32,000 bases of DNA from an uncultured archaeon (GCA_964565725.1 CAZMGA010000003.1:8300-40299); one strand, 5' to 3'. Counted from the stretch's first letter, positions 18,965-27,479 are shown. Program-made: numbers and translations. Notes: generated by a model from the sequence alone, not told the origin.

Positions 18965-19807
18965 TTAAATATTAATATTTAATATGCCAAAAGCATATGC
19001 TGCTGCTTGATTTGCTCTTAAAGGTTCTGAACTTTTAGGTCCTAAATATATAGTTATATTACAATTATCTAAAGTTTCTTTTAATAACCCTCTATTTTCA
19101 TTTCCAAATAATAACATTATTTTATTATTGTTTATTTTCAATAATGTTTTTTCATTATTTTGTCCCCACAAACTAAAGCCTATTAAATAATAATCTTTTA
19201 TTTCATTTAAATTTTTAATAATTTTGTATTTGATTTTATTTGATTTAAATAATTTTTTTGCAGATGTTATTTCTTTATCAATATTGTTTTCATTTTTGAA
19301 AAAAACATCGCAATTTAAAGCAACACCTAATCTTAAAAAATCAGCAATTTCTTGAACATTATTTGAATTTTCCAATAATATACTAATATTTTTATTTTCT
19401 TTTATTTCTGAGATTATTCTTCCAATTCTACAATATGTTTTATTTAACCTAAATTTAGATTCTAAATATAATATTATACCTTTATTATCAAAATTATTTT
19501 TTCTTAAAAATCTATCCTCTATTGCTTTTTTGTGAAAATTTAAATCCTTTTTTATTTTTGTATTTATTTGTTTTATTTTGTATTTACTGATTTTATCTAT
19601 TATGTTAGAAATGGTATCTACTTCAAATTCATCATATAATTCTATTATTTGTGAAATACCATTAAAAAAATTAGGTTTTGAATAAAATAAAATATTTTTG
19701 TAATTCCAATCATCTATTTTATATTTTATGTTTTTTTGTTTTAATTGTTTTAAAATATTTTGAAATTCTTCGTTGGAAATATTTCTATTAATAGTTACTA
19801 AAAACAT
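18965..19807 (-). CDS. SpoU/TrmH-like SPOUT RNA methyltransferase
   Basis: ISILLENSNNVQEIADFLRLGVALNCD and IMLLFGNENRGLLKETLDNCNITIYLGPKSSEPLRANQAAAYAFGIL resemble SpoU motifs. Confidence 0.65.
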   Translation of the reverse strand: MFLVTINRNISNEEFQNILKQLKQKNIKYKIDDWNYKNILFYSKPNFFNGISQIIELYDEFEVDTISNIIDKISKYKIKQINTKIKKDLNFHKKAIEDRFLRKNNFDNKGIILYLESKFRLNKTYCRIGRIISEIKENKNISILLENSNNVQEIADFLRLGVALNCDVFFKNENNIDKEITSAKKLFKSNKIKYKIIKNLNEIKDYYLIGFSLWGQNNEKTLLKINNNKIMLLFGNENRGLLKETLDNCNITIYLGPKSSEPLRANQAAAYAFGILNINI

Positions 19808-19811
19808 TTTA

Positions 19812-20591
19812 TCATCTAATATATGTCGGTTTAATGTCTTCTATGATTTCATTTGTGGTTGCTTTTTTTAATTCTTCTACAACTTTTTTAAAAGCTTTAG
19901 ATATTTTTTTTGCTTCGTTTTCTAAATCTTTTAAATTTATTTTAAATTTAAACTGTTTTTGTAATATTAATATTATTTCTTTTGCACTTTCAAAATCTCC
20001 ATATATTTTTGAAGATGTTTCTCCTAATAAGCAAATTGAAGGTATTTTTAATTTTTCACAATCAATTAAAGTTAAGCCAGCAATTCCAGAAATAGTTGTA
20101 TTTTTTGAAGGGTTATTTAATGTTTTTTCAATATCTTTTTTTTGAAAATAAGAATTAATTACATAAGTTATTTTTGGTTTTTTTGTAATTCTTGAATCTC
20201 CTATATTCATTCCTGCAAATGTGTATACTTTTTTAGCATTTATACTTTTGCAAAATTCAGAAATTTCTTTAGAAAACTTATAATGACTTTTAAATGCGAT
20301 AGCATCATCTAAATCTGGTTGAAAATCTCCAGCTATAAATACAAAATCATTATTTTTATTTTTGTATGTGTAAATTTCGTCTCCATATTCTTTTATATTT
20401 CCTTTTTCATCAACAAAAATCATTGGTGGAAAATAATCTCCAACTATAGTGCCAATTTTTTTTGCTTTAAGTTCTTTAATTAAAGTATCTATAGTTATTT
20501 TACCAACTAAACCAATTCCGGGCAAACCTATAAATACAATAGGATTATTTAATTTAGTATTTTTTAAAGTAATCATTTTATCCCTTAGCAT
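19812..20591 (-). CDS. PAC2-family (proteasome assembly chaperone-like) protein
   Basis: NPIVFIGLPGIGLVGKITIDTLI...VGDYFPPMIFVDEKG...TFAGMNIGD...SGIAGLTLIDCEKLKIPSICLLGETS. Start may be the internal ATG (MITLKN) at 20576. Confidence 0.85.
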   Translation of the reverse strand: MLRDKMITLKNTKLNNPIVFIGLPGIGLVGKITIDTLIKELKAKKIGTIVGDYFPPMIFVDEKGNIKEYGDEIYTYKNKNNDFVFIAGDFQPDLDDAIAFKSHYKFSKEISEFCKSINAKKVYTFAGMNIGDSRITKKPKITYVINSYFQKKDIEKTLNNPSKNTTISGIAGLTLIDCEKLKIPSICLLGETSSKIYGDFESAKEIILILQKQFKFKINLKDLENEAKKISKAFKKVVEELKKATTNEIIEDIKPTYIR

Positions 20592-21345
20592 TTCTTTTAA
20601 TTTCTATTGTGCCAATTTTCTTAAAATATTTTTCTAAATATTCATTTATTTTTGTTAAATATTTTTCAATTGTTTTGTAATCTTTTCCATGAGATTTTAT
20701 TAAATACTTTCCATTTCCTATATATGTTATTTCTGTTTCTATACTTTTATCTATAGGCATTTCTTTAAAACCAATTTTAATTAAATCTAATCCATTTTCT
20801 TTTTCTGTTTCTATTCTAACAACTTCCAATATGTTTTTGTCATTTATTGTTATATTTTTATCTATTATTTTATATAAAGCATCTCTATATTCTTCAGGAA
20901 TTTCAGGAATATAATCTTTACCATATCTCTTTAAATCTTGAAATGCTTCAAAAACTGAATTATATTTTTCTAAAATTGGGTCTGTGATTTTAGACCAAAT
21001 ATTATCTAAATTTTTGTTTAATTCGTTTGCAACCAATGTTAACAATTGTTGTACTCTTTTAGTTTGTCGCCATTCCGATAATGTTTGTTCTTCTTTTTGT
21101 TTTTGAACCATGGCAAAAGAACAATTTATTTGATTTTTTTCTCTATTTAAATATATCACTTTTGCAACTCTAATTTGTCCTATTTTTACAAAATTTCTAA
21201 TGTTTTTTATCCATCTTGCTGCAACTTGTGCTAAAGGAACAAATCCTGTTTCTCCAGGATATTCTTCTAATTTTACTTCTACACCATAATCGTAAATTTT
21301 TTCAACAGTTACAACTATGAATTCATCTTTTTCGGGCATATTCAT
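20578..21345 (-). CDS. eif2a: Translation initiation factor aIF2 subunit alpha
   Basis: S1 domain FIVVTVEKIYDYGVEVKLEEYPGETGFVPLAQVAARWIKNIRNFVKIGQIRVAKVIYLNREKNQINCSF; GTGATAATATG start context. Confidence 0.93.
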   Translation of the reverse strand: MNMPEKDEFIVVTVEKIYDYGVEVKLEEYPGETGFVPLAQVAARWIKNIRNFVKIGQIRVAKVIYLNREKNQINCSFAMVQKQKEEQTLSEWRQTKRVQQLLTLVANELNKNLDNIWSKITDPILEKYNSVFEAFQDLKRYGKDYIPEIPEEYRDALYKIIDKNITINDKNILEVVRIETEKENGLDLIKIGFKEMPIDKSIETEITYIGNGKYLIKSHGKDYKTIEKYLTKINEYLEKYFKKIGTIEIKRNAKG

Positions 21346-21353
21346 ATTATCAC

Positions 21354-21896
21354 TTATATTATTTCTTTTCCTATATTTTTTTTAATAAAAATTTTAGCAA
21401 TTGATTCTATTATTTCAATTTCTTCATCTTTAGAATAAGGGCCATATTCTTTCATATCTGTGCCTATAAATTTAGGAATGTCTTGTAAAATTTTTAATTT
21501 AATATTTTTTTGTATTTCTTCAGTTATTTTTTCTTCAAATGAAGATTTTACTAATTGTTGATAATTATATAACAAATTTACTAATTTATAATATATTTTT
21601 TGTTCTTCTAAAGTCATATTTTTTAAATCATCTTCACCATTTTTTGTTTTTAATATTGCTTTATTTAATATTTTCTTCTCTCTAGAATAGATTATGTCAT
21701 CTAACATAGTTTTGATATTATTTATGTTTCTTACAATTCTGTCATCTAAACTTTTTTTTATGTCTGTTAATTTTGATTTTTCTGTTTCTATAAATTCTGG
21801 TAATTCATTAAAAAAATCATCTTCTATTTTTACTAAGTTTGGGGAATCTTTTTCTTGTCTATGAATTTTTCGTATTAATTCATATGATAATTTCAT
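21354..21896 (-). CDS. Archaeal GINS complex subunit (Gins-like)
   Basis: Helical N-terminal domain (MKLSYELIRKIHRQEKDSPNLVKIEDDFFNELPEFIE...), B-domain-like C-terminus (ILQDIPKFIGTDMKEYGPYSKDEEIEIIESIAKIFIKKNIGKEII), directly downstream of priS as in many archaea. Confidence 0.75.
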   Translation of the reverse strand: MKLSYELIRKIHRQEKDSPNLVKIEDDFFNELPEFIETEKSKLTDIKKSLDDRIVRNINNIKTMLDDIIYSREKKILNKAILKTKNGEDDLKNMTLEEQKIYYKLVNLLYNYQQLVKSSFEEKITEEIQKNIKLKILQDIPKFIGTDMKEYGPYSKDEEIEIIESIAKIFIKKNIGKEII

Positions 21897-23109
21897 CTGC
21901 AGCCCCCCTAGCTAAAAAATATAATGCAATTGTTATAGGTAATTCTACAATTTCATCATTATAAGGTCCATATTGTATCCTATTTAATAATAATCTTGGA
22001 ACTTTTTTTAAATGAATCTTTAAAGTTTCTTCCTTTAGGGGTAATTTTGCATCACTAAATGGTTGAAAAGTATTTAATTCTTCAAAAGTTAATGATTTTG
22101 ATATTAACATAGCCCCACCATGAATTGTTTCGGGACATCTAATTATTTTGTGCATATCTATTGATGTTTGTTTATCTATATATAATTTTTGCAAATCCTT
22201 GATTTTCTCTAATAAGGCATACCACAATTCTTCAGATTCGCTTTTTAATTTATATAATTTATTTTTTTCTAAAAGTTGTAAAATTTCTTGTTTATTCTTC
22301 AAAATTTTATTAATTACTGTTTTGGATGCTAAACCATCAAAATAATTTAATAATGTTTCTTCATTTGAATTTTCAATAATGCTTTTTAAATAATTTAAAT
22401 ATTTTTGGGATTTGCCAATATTTTTTCCATTAAAATCTATACTACCTTTTTTATTTGAGACAAATCCAATTTCTTTAAAGTTTAAGTTTTCTTCTATAAA
22501 ATAGTCTAAAAGATCTAATCTTTCTGATTTTTTTAAATAGGCTATTTTTTCAGAAACTATTTTTGTGTGATATCCTTTATGACCTGAAAAAGTAAATTTT
22601 ATTTCATTATCTTCAAAATTAAATTCATGTGTTAAAATATTGTATAATTTTATTGTTTGTTTTTTTGTTGCTTCTAAACATTTATCACAAATCCATTCAC
22701 TTATTTTTGTTTGACTATTACATTTTGGACATCGTCTTATGTTTCCTTGTCCCGATTCATTACATTTATCACAATACCAACTATCATGTATTTTTTTGCA
22801 AGGTGTTGGAATATCATCTGCATCATATTCTAATAAAAAATCACTTTTTATAATTTTTTTTTCTATTGTAGGAGTTTTGTCTGGATATTCGTATTGTGCC
22901 ATAGAATAAGACAAATAAAATGGAACTTTGGTTCTTAAAAAAGTATTTAAATCATAATTATCTTTAAAAGAAATATTTCTATTTGCAATTTTTCTATTAT
23001 AAATTCCATATCCTATTTCTCTTTTTTCTATGTTATCAATAGTTATAAAGTTGTTGTTATAATATTCTTGAATTTTGCTTTTAAGATAATTTTCTATATT
23101 TACAGGCAT
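21880..23109 (-). CDS. priS: DNA primase small (catalytic) subunit PriS
   Basis: LEYDADDIP catalytic Asp motif, FTFSGHKGYHTKIVSE (SGxRGxHxxV-like), C-terminal KIIRCPETIHGGAMLISKSL; adjacent to Gins. Confidence 0.87.
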   Translation of the reverse strand: MPVNIENYLKSKIQEYYNNNFITIDNIEKREIGYGIYNRKIANRNISFKDNYDLNTFLRTKVPFYLSYSMAQYEYPDKTPTIEKKIIKSDFLLEYDADDIPTPCKKIHDSWYCDKCNESGQGNIRRCPKCNSQTKISEWICDKCLEATKKQTIKLYNILTHEFNFEDNEIKFTFSGHKGYHTKIVSEKIAYLKKSERLDLLDYFIEENLNFKEIGFVSNKKGSIDFNGKNIGKSQKYLNYLKSIIENSNEETLLNYFDGLASKTVINKILKNKQEILQLLEKNKLYKLKSESEELWYALLEKIKDLQKLYIDKQTSIDMHKIIRCPETIHGGAMLISKSLTFEELNTFQPFSDAKLPLKEETLKIHLKKVPRLLLNRIQYGPYNDEIVELPITIALYFLARGAADEIII

Positions 23110-23130
23110 ATTATATATAATACTTAATAA

Positions 23131-23138
23131 TATATAAA
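23131..23138 (-). promoter_or_regulatory. TATA box of priS operon
   Basis: TTTATATA on minus strand, first base 29 nt before A of the ATG at 23109. Confidence 0.55.
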
Positions 23139-23165
23139 ATTTGTTGTGCCTATTTTGCTTACATA

Positions 23166-23173
23166 TTTAAAAA
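23166..23173 (+). promoter_or_regulatory. TATA-like box of minimal pyruvate kinase gene
   Basis: TTTAAAAA, first base 28 nt before A of ATG 23194; no SD motif between. Confidence 0.5.
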
Positions 23174-23193
23174 TAAATCTCTTTTATTATAAT

Positions 23194-23895
23194 ATGATTA
23201 AAATTATTGCGACAATTGGTCCAAGTACTTTAGATTACAATATTTTAAAAGAAATTATTAAATTAGGAGTAGATATTGTAAGAATTAATACAAAATATGG
23301 AGATTTTAAACAATATTATAATATAATAGAAAATGTGAAGAAAATAAATTTAGAATTAAAAAGAAAATGTAAAGTTTTAATTGATGTTAAAAAGAAAAAA
23401 TCTTTAACCTGTCTTCAAAATATAAAATTTGATTATTTGGCAATTGCTTTTACTGATTCTGTTATAAAAATAAATGAGTATAAAAATAAACTAAATAATC
23501 CAAAAGTAAAAATTGTTTCAAAAATAGAAAATAAAAAAGGTCTAATTAATTTAAATGATATAATATTAAATTCTGATGCTTTAATGGTTGCAAGAGGGGA
23601 TTTAGGGAAGCATACCCCCTTACAAAAATTGCCTTTGAGACAAAAAGAAATAATTAAATTATGTAAAAAAAATAATTGTTTTGTTATTGTCGCTACAGAA
23701 ATGTTATTGTCTATGCAACATAATAGAAAACCTACTAGGGCTGAAGTTTCTGATGTGGCTAATGCCGTTATAGATGGTGCTGATGCTGTAATGCTATCTG
23801 AAGAAACCACTATTGGTAAATATCCTATTGAAACTGTGAAATTTATGAAAAGTGTAATAATAGAAACAGAAAAATGGATTAAAAAAAATAATTAA
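23194..23895 (+). CDS. Minimal pyruvate kinase-like protein: TIM-barrel domain only, B and C domains absent
   Basis: MIKIIATIGPSTLDYNILKEIIKLGVDIVRIN...VKIVSKIENKKGLINLNDIILNSDALMVARGDLG...IVATEMLLSMQHNRKPTRAEVSDVANAVIDGADAVMLSEETTIGKYPIETVKFM. Track start 23146 moved to the conserved M at 23194. Confidence 0.85.
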   Translation: MIKIIATIGPSTLDYNILKEIIKLGVDIVRINTKYGDFKQYYNIIENVKKINLELKRKCKVLIDVKKKKSLTCLQNIKFDYLAIAFTDSVIKINEYKNKLNNPKVKIVSKIENKKGLINLNDIILNSDALMVARGDLGKHTPLQKLPLRQKEIIKLCKKNNCFVIVATEMLLSMQHNRKPTRAEVSDVANAVIDGADAVMLSEETTIGKYPIETVKFMKSVIIETEKWIKKNN

Positions 23896-23898
23896 AGT

Positions 23899-24723
23899 TT
23901 ATTCTTTTTTAAATGCAAATTTAACAAATAATAATATAATTCCTATTGCTACAAATATTCCAGAATATATTATTAAGTTATTAAATAAAGCTGTGAAAAC
24001 AGGGTTTAAAGATTGAATTAATTCTTGAGGAAAATTTAATTCTTTAATTAATATTAAACTACTTTTAGACAATATAATTCCAAAAACAAATAATGGTGCC
24101 GACCCAAGTAATAAATAAGTACCTACCCAATTCATTATTGATCTTATATTTCTTATAATTAATATTGCAATGATTATAAAAATTATGCTAATGATTGTTG
24201 CTAATAAAGAAATTAATTTTATTAAATTAATGCTTTTTTTTACATTGTCTAAATTTTTTATTAATTCCAATTTTAAATTTTCTAATTGTAAATTTAATTC
24301 TGATTTCATTTTAGGATAATTATCTTCAAAATAAGAATTAATTTGATCTTCGCTTAAATTTTCAGAATCTGGATTATTTTCTAATTCTTTTAAGGCCATT
24401 GTTTTTAATATTGGTTTTAGTATTTCATCTTCAGGAAGCTCTATTATTAATTCATTTTTATTATTAATATAATCAAAAATATTATCTAACCAATTATATG
24501 ATACTTCTAATAATAAATTAGATGTATTTTCATCAAAATTGGTTTGATTGCCTGATTCACTTAAATTTTTAGTAAAAGAATCTAATACAATTGGCATTAA
24601 TGGTTTGTAAGTATCTGAATTTAATACGCTTGTGTTTACAGAATACCATGTTAAAGCAAAAGGAAAAGTAAACATAAATAAAAAGGCAATTAAACCCAAA
24701 ATCAATTTTTTCCAATTATCCAT
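23899..24723 (-). CDS. Integral membrane protein, unknown function
   Basis: N-terminal TM, ~120-aa extracytoplasmic helical/acidic segment, three C-terminal hydrophobic segments. Confidence 0.65.
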   Translation of the reverse strand: MDNWKKLILGLIAFLFMFTFPFALTWYSVNTSVLNSDTYKPLMPIVLDSFTKNLSESGNQTNFDENTSNLLLEVSYNWLDNIFDYINNKNELIIELPEDEILKPILKTMALKELENNPDSENLSEDQINSYFEDNYPKMKSELNLQLENLKLELIKNLDNVKKSINLIKLISLLATIISIIFIIIAILIIRNIRSIMNWVGTYLLLGSAPLFVFGIILSKSSLILIKELNFPQELIQSLNPVFTALFNNLIIYSGIFVAIGIILLFVKFAFKKE

Positions 24724-24743
24724 AAATAATGTATAACAAAAAC

Positions 24744-24751
24744 TATATATA
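24744..24751 (-). promoter_or_regulatory. TATA box of the 274-aa membrane protein gene
   Basis: TATATATA, first base 28 nt before A of ATG (24723, minus strand). Confidence 0.5.
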
Positions 24752-24882
24752 TCTTTTTTTATTATAAGATTATTAATTTTGTAAGTAAAATTATAATAGG
24801 TTTTTTTATTAATTATATTAGAAATAGTATTAACTTATTTTTATCTTGCATAAAATTATTAAAAACTTAAAAAGTATTTTTT

Positions 24883-25914
24883 TTAAAATCTTCTATGAGG
24901 CATAGGTTTTACTTTTAGCATTTTAGGTATTTTTTTAGTAGGGATGGCTGTTCTTCCAGGATTTTTTTTAGCATTTTTTGGAGTATGTAAAAAAACATCC
25001 CATTTTAATTTTTTAAAATTTTCAAATAATTTATTGAAATCATTTATTTTTTGTTTATTTGGTACAATAATGGAACTATTTAGAATTTTTGCATCTAAAT
25101 TTACAAATTCTGGATTTAATAACCTTAAATGTTCTAAATTATATCCATATTTTTTAGCATAATCTCTTATTGATAACCCATTTGTTTTTTTAGAAATTGT
25201 GAATTTTTTAATACGATTATATAAATTATGTGCGTTAGAAGAAATCTTTATTTCAGGGAATAAATCTGGCCTATCTAATATAATTTTTTTAGCCATAATT
25301 GCTGGGACATATTTTTGTCCTTCCAAAGGCAAATATTTTTCTACAGAATTCCAATTTGTATTTTTATTTATTATCATTGCTTTTTTTATTGCTGCATTAA
25401 CTCTGCCAGTACCTTGATTATATGCAGCAAGAACAAAAAATGTTGCTTCTTCCCCATATTTACTATAAGTTTTATATAAATCGGCTAAATGTTCTGTTGT
25501 TGCTCTTATCGCTTCATTTGGATTTAATCTTTCATCAGTAATTACTTTACTATTTCTTTGAAATCTATCTAGATCATAAGCTTTACCTGTTGCTTTCGTA
25601 AATTGACCTAATCCCCGAGGGCCCGTCTTAGATTGTGCAGTTAAATTTCCTCTGGATTCATAACTTAACAAAGCCCAAACTAAATTAGGATTAATATTTT
25701 TTTTAGCAGATTCATGTTCAATAATATCTTTAAACCAACTTGTTCTTTCAAAACCTACGGACTGAAAATCAGCATTTACAATTATTGCTTCTAATTGCTC
25801 CTGTACTTTTATACTGATATTATTAATTTCTTTACTGTTTCTTTGATCTTTACAGGCAGACAAACTAAAAAGTAATAAAGGGATTAATATTTTTAAATTT
25901 CTTTTATTATTCAT
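24883..25914 (-). CDS. SLT-family peptidoglycan lytic transglycosylase with LysM-like C-terminal segment and lipobox
   Basis: NPNLVWALLSYESRGNLTAQSKTGPRGLGQFTKATGKAY (catalytic Glu, GLGQ), FVLAAYNQGTGRVNAAI; LysM-like LSIRDYAKKYGYNLEHLRLLNPEFVN..ILNSSIIVPN; N-terminal ILIPLLLFSLSAC lipobox. Start taken as ATG 25914 rather than TTG 25923. Confidence 0.87.
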   Translation of the reverse strand: MNNKRNLKILIPLLLFSLSACKDQRNSKEINNISIKVQEQLEAIIVNADFQSVGFERTSWFKDIIEHESAKKNINPNLVWALLSYESRGNLTAQSKTGPRGLGQFTKATGKAYDLDRFQRNSKVITDERLNPNEAIRATTEHLADLYKTYSKYGEEATFFVLAAYNQGTGRVNAAIKKAMIINKNTNWNSVEKYLPLEGQKYVPAIMAKKIILDRPDLFPEIKISSNAHNLYNRIKKFTISKKTNGLSIRDYAKKYGYNLEHLRLLNPEFVNLDAKILNSSIIVPNKQKINDFNKLFENFKKLKWDVFLHTPKNAKKNPGRTAIPTKKIPKMLKVKPMPHRRF

Positions 25915-25982
25915 TAATATCAAATAAATTAAATATCAAAATGGATATAAATATATTTGCTTAATATATTTTGTGTGATTTT

Positions 25983-26957
25983 ATGACTTTTATTGATTTA
26001 GTTATTGGTGGACCTGATATGTCCGGAACAAGTACTCAGATTAGAGATTTAATAAGTTTTTTTCAAAGTACTGGTAAAATCGTAAAAGATATTTCCGGAA
26101 CAGAATTAGATGTTCTTTTTCATTGTGAAATATTTAATGATTATAACAAAAACTATTTAAATTTAAATGAATTTTTAAATGATTCTAATGTTATAGAAAA
26201 TAAAAAAACTAAATTTATTTTAGATGCTACAAAACTATTACAAAACTTAAGATTGGCATCAATGATTGATAATGATATTACTACATATATAAATCCTGAT
26301 AAAGCAGATGTTTGGATAATGGAGGAACCAGTTAGACGTGGTGCTGGGCAAACAAATAGAGTATTTGAATTAAATCGTTCAAAATTTTGTGCAAAAGAAA
26401 ATCAAATTTCAAATTCTATGTCTCATCAAGTATATAGAAGTGATGAATTTTATAGATTTAGAAAAATTTTAAGAGAAAAAAATAAAATTATTATTAGGTC
26501 TAGAAGTGAAGAATCCGCATGTTATCAAATTTATGATAAATGTTTGATAAAAACTGGAATTACAAAAGATAAATATATTAATTTGCCAGGAAATAAAATT
26601 GCTTTTTCTAATCCTCCTACACATATATTTTTAGTTTGTAATAGTGAAAAGTGGGCTTTACAAAAAATTAAATCAACAAATAAAAAAAATATAGTTGAAG
26701 AATATAAAAAACTAATAACTTTAAGAACAGGTAATAGAATATTAGATGATTTTGAAAAAAATATAGAATATCAATTATTAGTAAACAAAAGATATGCATC
26801 TAATTGGATTAATAAATTATATGCAACAGGATGTAGTAAACATAATTCTAATGTGCCCAAAATATTCAAATTTAATATTTATGATTCGAAAGAAAATATA
26901 AAAGAAAATATGAAAAATACAATAATATCAATTTTAAATAAATTAGATAAAAGGTAG
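25983..26957 (+). CDS. Thymidylate kinase-like P-loop-fold protein with degenerate Walker A
   Basis: DLVIGGPDMSGTSTQIRDLISFFQSTGKIV aligns with the TMK N-terminus (GxDGSGKSTQ) but has T at the Lys position; EEPVRRGAGQTNR and IIIRSRSEESACYQIYD resemble later TMK motifs. ATG 25983 preceded by GTGATTTT. Confidence 0.6.
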   Translation: MTFIDLVIGGPDMSGTSTQIRDLISFFQSTGKIVKDISGTELDVLFHCEIFNDYNKNYLNLNEFLNDSNVIENKKTKFILDATKLLQNLRLASMIDNDITTYINPDKADVWIMEEPVRRGAGQTNRVFELNRSKFCAKENQISNSMSHQVYRSDEFYRFRKILREKNKIIIRSRSEESACYQIYDKCLIKTGITKDKYINLPGNKIAFSNPPTHIFLVCNSEKWALQKIKSTNKKNIVEEYKKLITLRTGNRILDDFEKNIEYQLLVNKRYASNWINKLYATGCSKHNSNVPKIFKFNIYDSKENIKENMKNTIISILNKLDKR

Positions 26958-26988
26958 ATTTATATATTCTTTTATTCAAATAATTAAT

Positions 26989-27180
26989 ATGATGTATATG
27001 CCATTGTCAATTCAACTCGCAGGAAATTCTGTATTGTGGTTAATTTTAGCTATAATTTTGATAATGTTTATATTATTTAAAGATAAAATAGATATTCAAA
27101 ATTTAACAAAAGACAAATTTAAAACCTTTTTATACATTTTAATTATTGTTGTAATATATTATTTTTTTATATATTTGTAA
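26989..27180 (+). CDS. Small two-TM membrane protein, unknown function
   Basis: 63-aa ORF with hydrophobic segments NSVLWLILAIILIMFILF and FLYILIIVVIYYFFIYL around a Lys/Asp-rich loop. Confidence 0.45.
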   Translation: MMYMPLSIQLAGNSVLWLILAIILIMFILFKDKIDIQNLTKDKFKTFLYILIIVVIYYFFIYL

Positions 27181-27190
27181 TATTTAACTT

Positions 27191-27346
27191 TTAATGAATT
27201 CTTTTAATTAAAGGAACGTCTAATTTTTCAACACTTTTTTTAGTTAATGTATTTTCTATTTTTTCTGAATTTAAATTTGACTTTCTTCTAGATGTGTTTT
27301 TTTTAATTAATTTTATAATTTTATTTTTTTGCAAATTATTTGTCAT
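27191..27346 (-). CDS. Putative small basic protein (51 aa), not in supplied track
   Basis: ATG at 27346..27344, open to TAA at 27193..27191: MTNNLQKNKIIKLIKKNTSRRKSNLNSEKIENTLTKKSVEKLDVPLIKRIH. Same ACTATATTTTATTATGA leader as the PUA gene. Confidence 0.35.
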   Translation of the reverse strand: MTNNLQKNKIIKLIKKNTSRRKSNLNSEKIENTLTKKSVEKLDVPLIKRIH

Positions 27347-27427
27347 AATAAAATATAGTTAATATATTTAAATATTATTTATTAATTTTTACAATTATTT
27401 GTATTTTTTCTAATTATTGTGGGATTA

Positions 27428-27435
27428 TTTATAAA
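27428..27435 (+). promoter_or_regulatory. TATA box upstream of the giant secreted-protein gene
   Basis: TTTATAAA 52 nt before ATG 27480, followed by GAGGAGTGAT (SD-like) at 27463-27472. Confidence 0.5.
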
Positions 27436-27479
27436 CCTATTTATTCTATATATTATTTATTTGAGGAGTGATGATTTAA

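Noticed and set aside
22148-22853. Plus-strand ORFs of 65 and 74 aa (22148-22345, 22629-22853)
   Set aside because: Antisense to priS; composition reflects reverse-complemented Asn/Lys/Ile codons.
23433-23810. 125-aa minus-strand ORF
   Set aside because: Antisense to the strongly conserved pyruvate kinase barrel.
24944-25417. Plus-strand ORFs of 72 aa each (24944-25162, 25199-25417)
   Set aside because: Antisense to the lytic transglycosylase gene, which has intact SLT motifs.
24883-25923. Lytic transglycosylase as evidence that the contig is bacterial or a prophage
   Set aside because: Flanking genes are archaeal (aIF2, PriS, Gins, PAC2), start-site contexts are shared, and there are no phage structural, integrase or lysis-cassette genes nearby.
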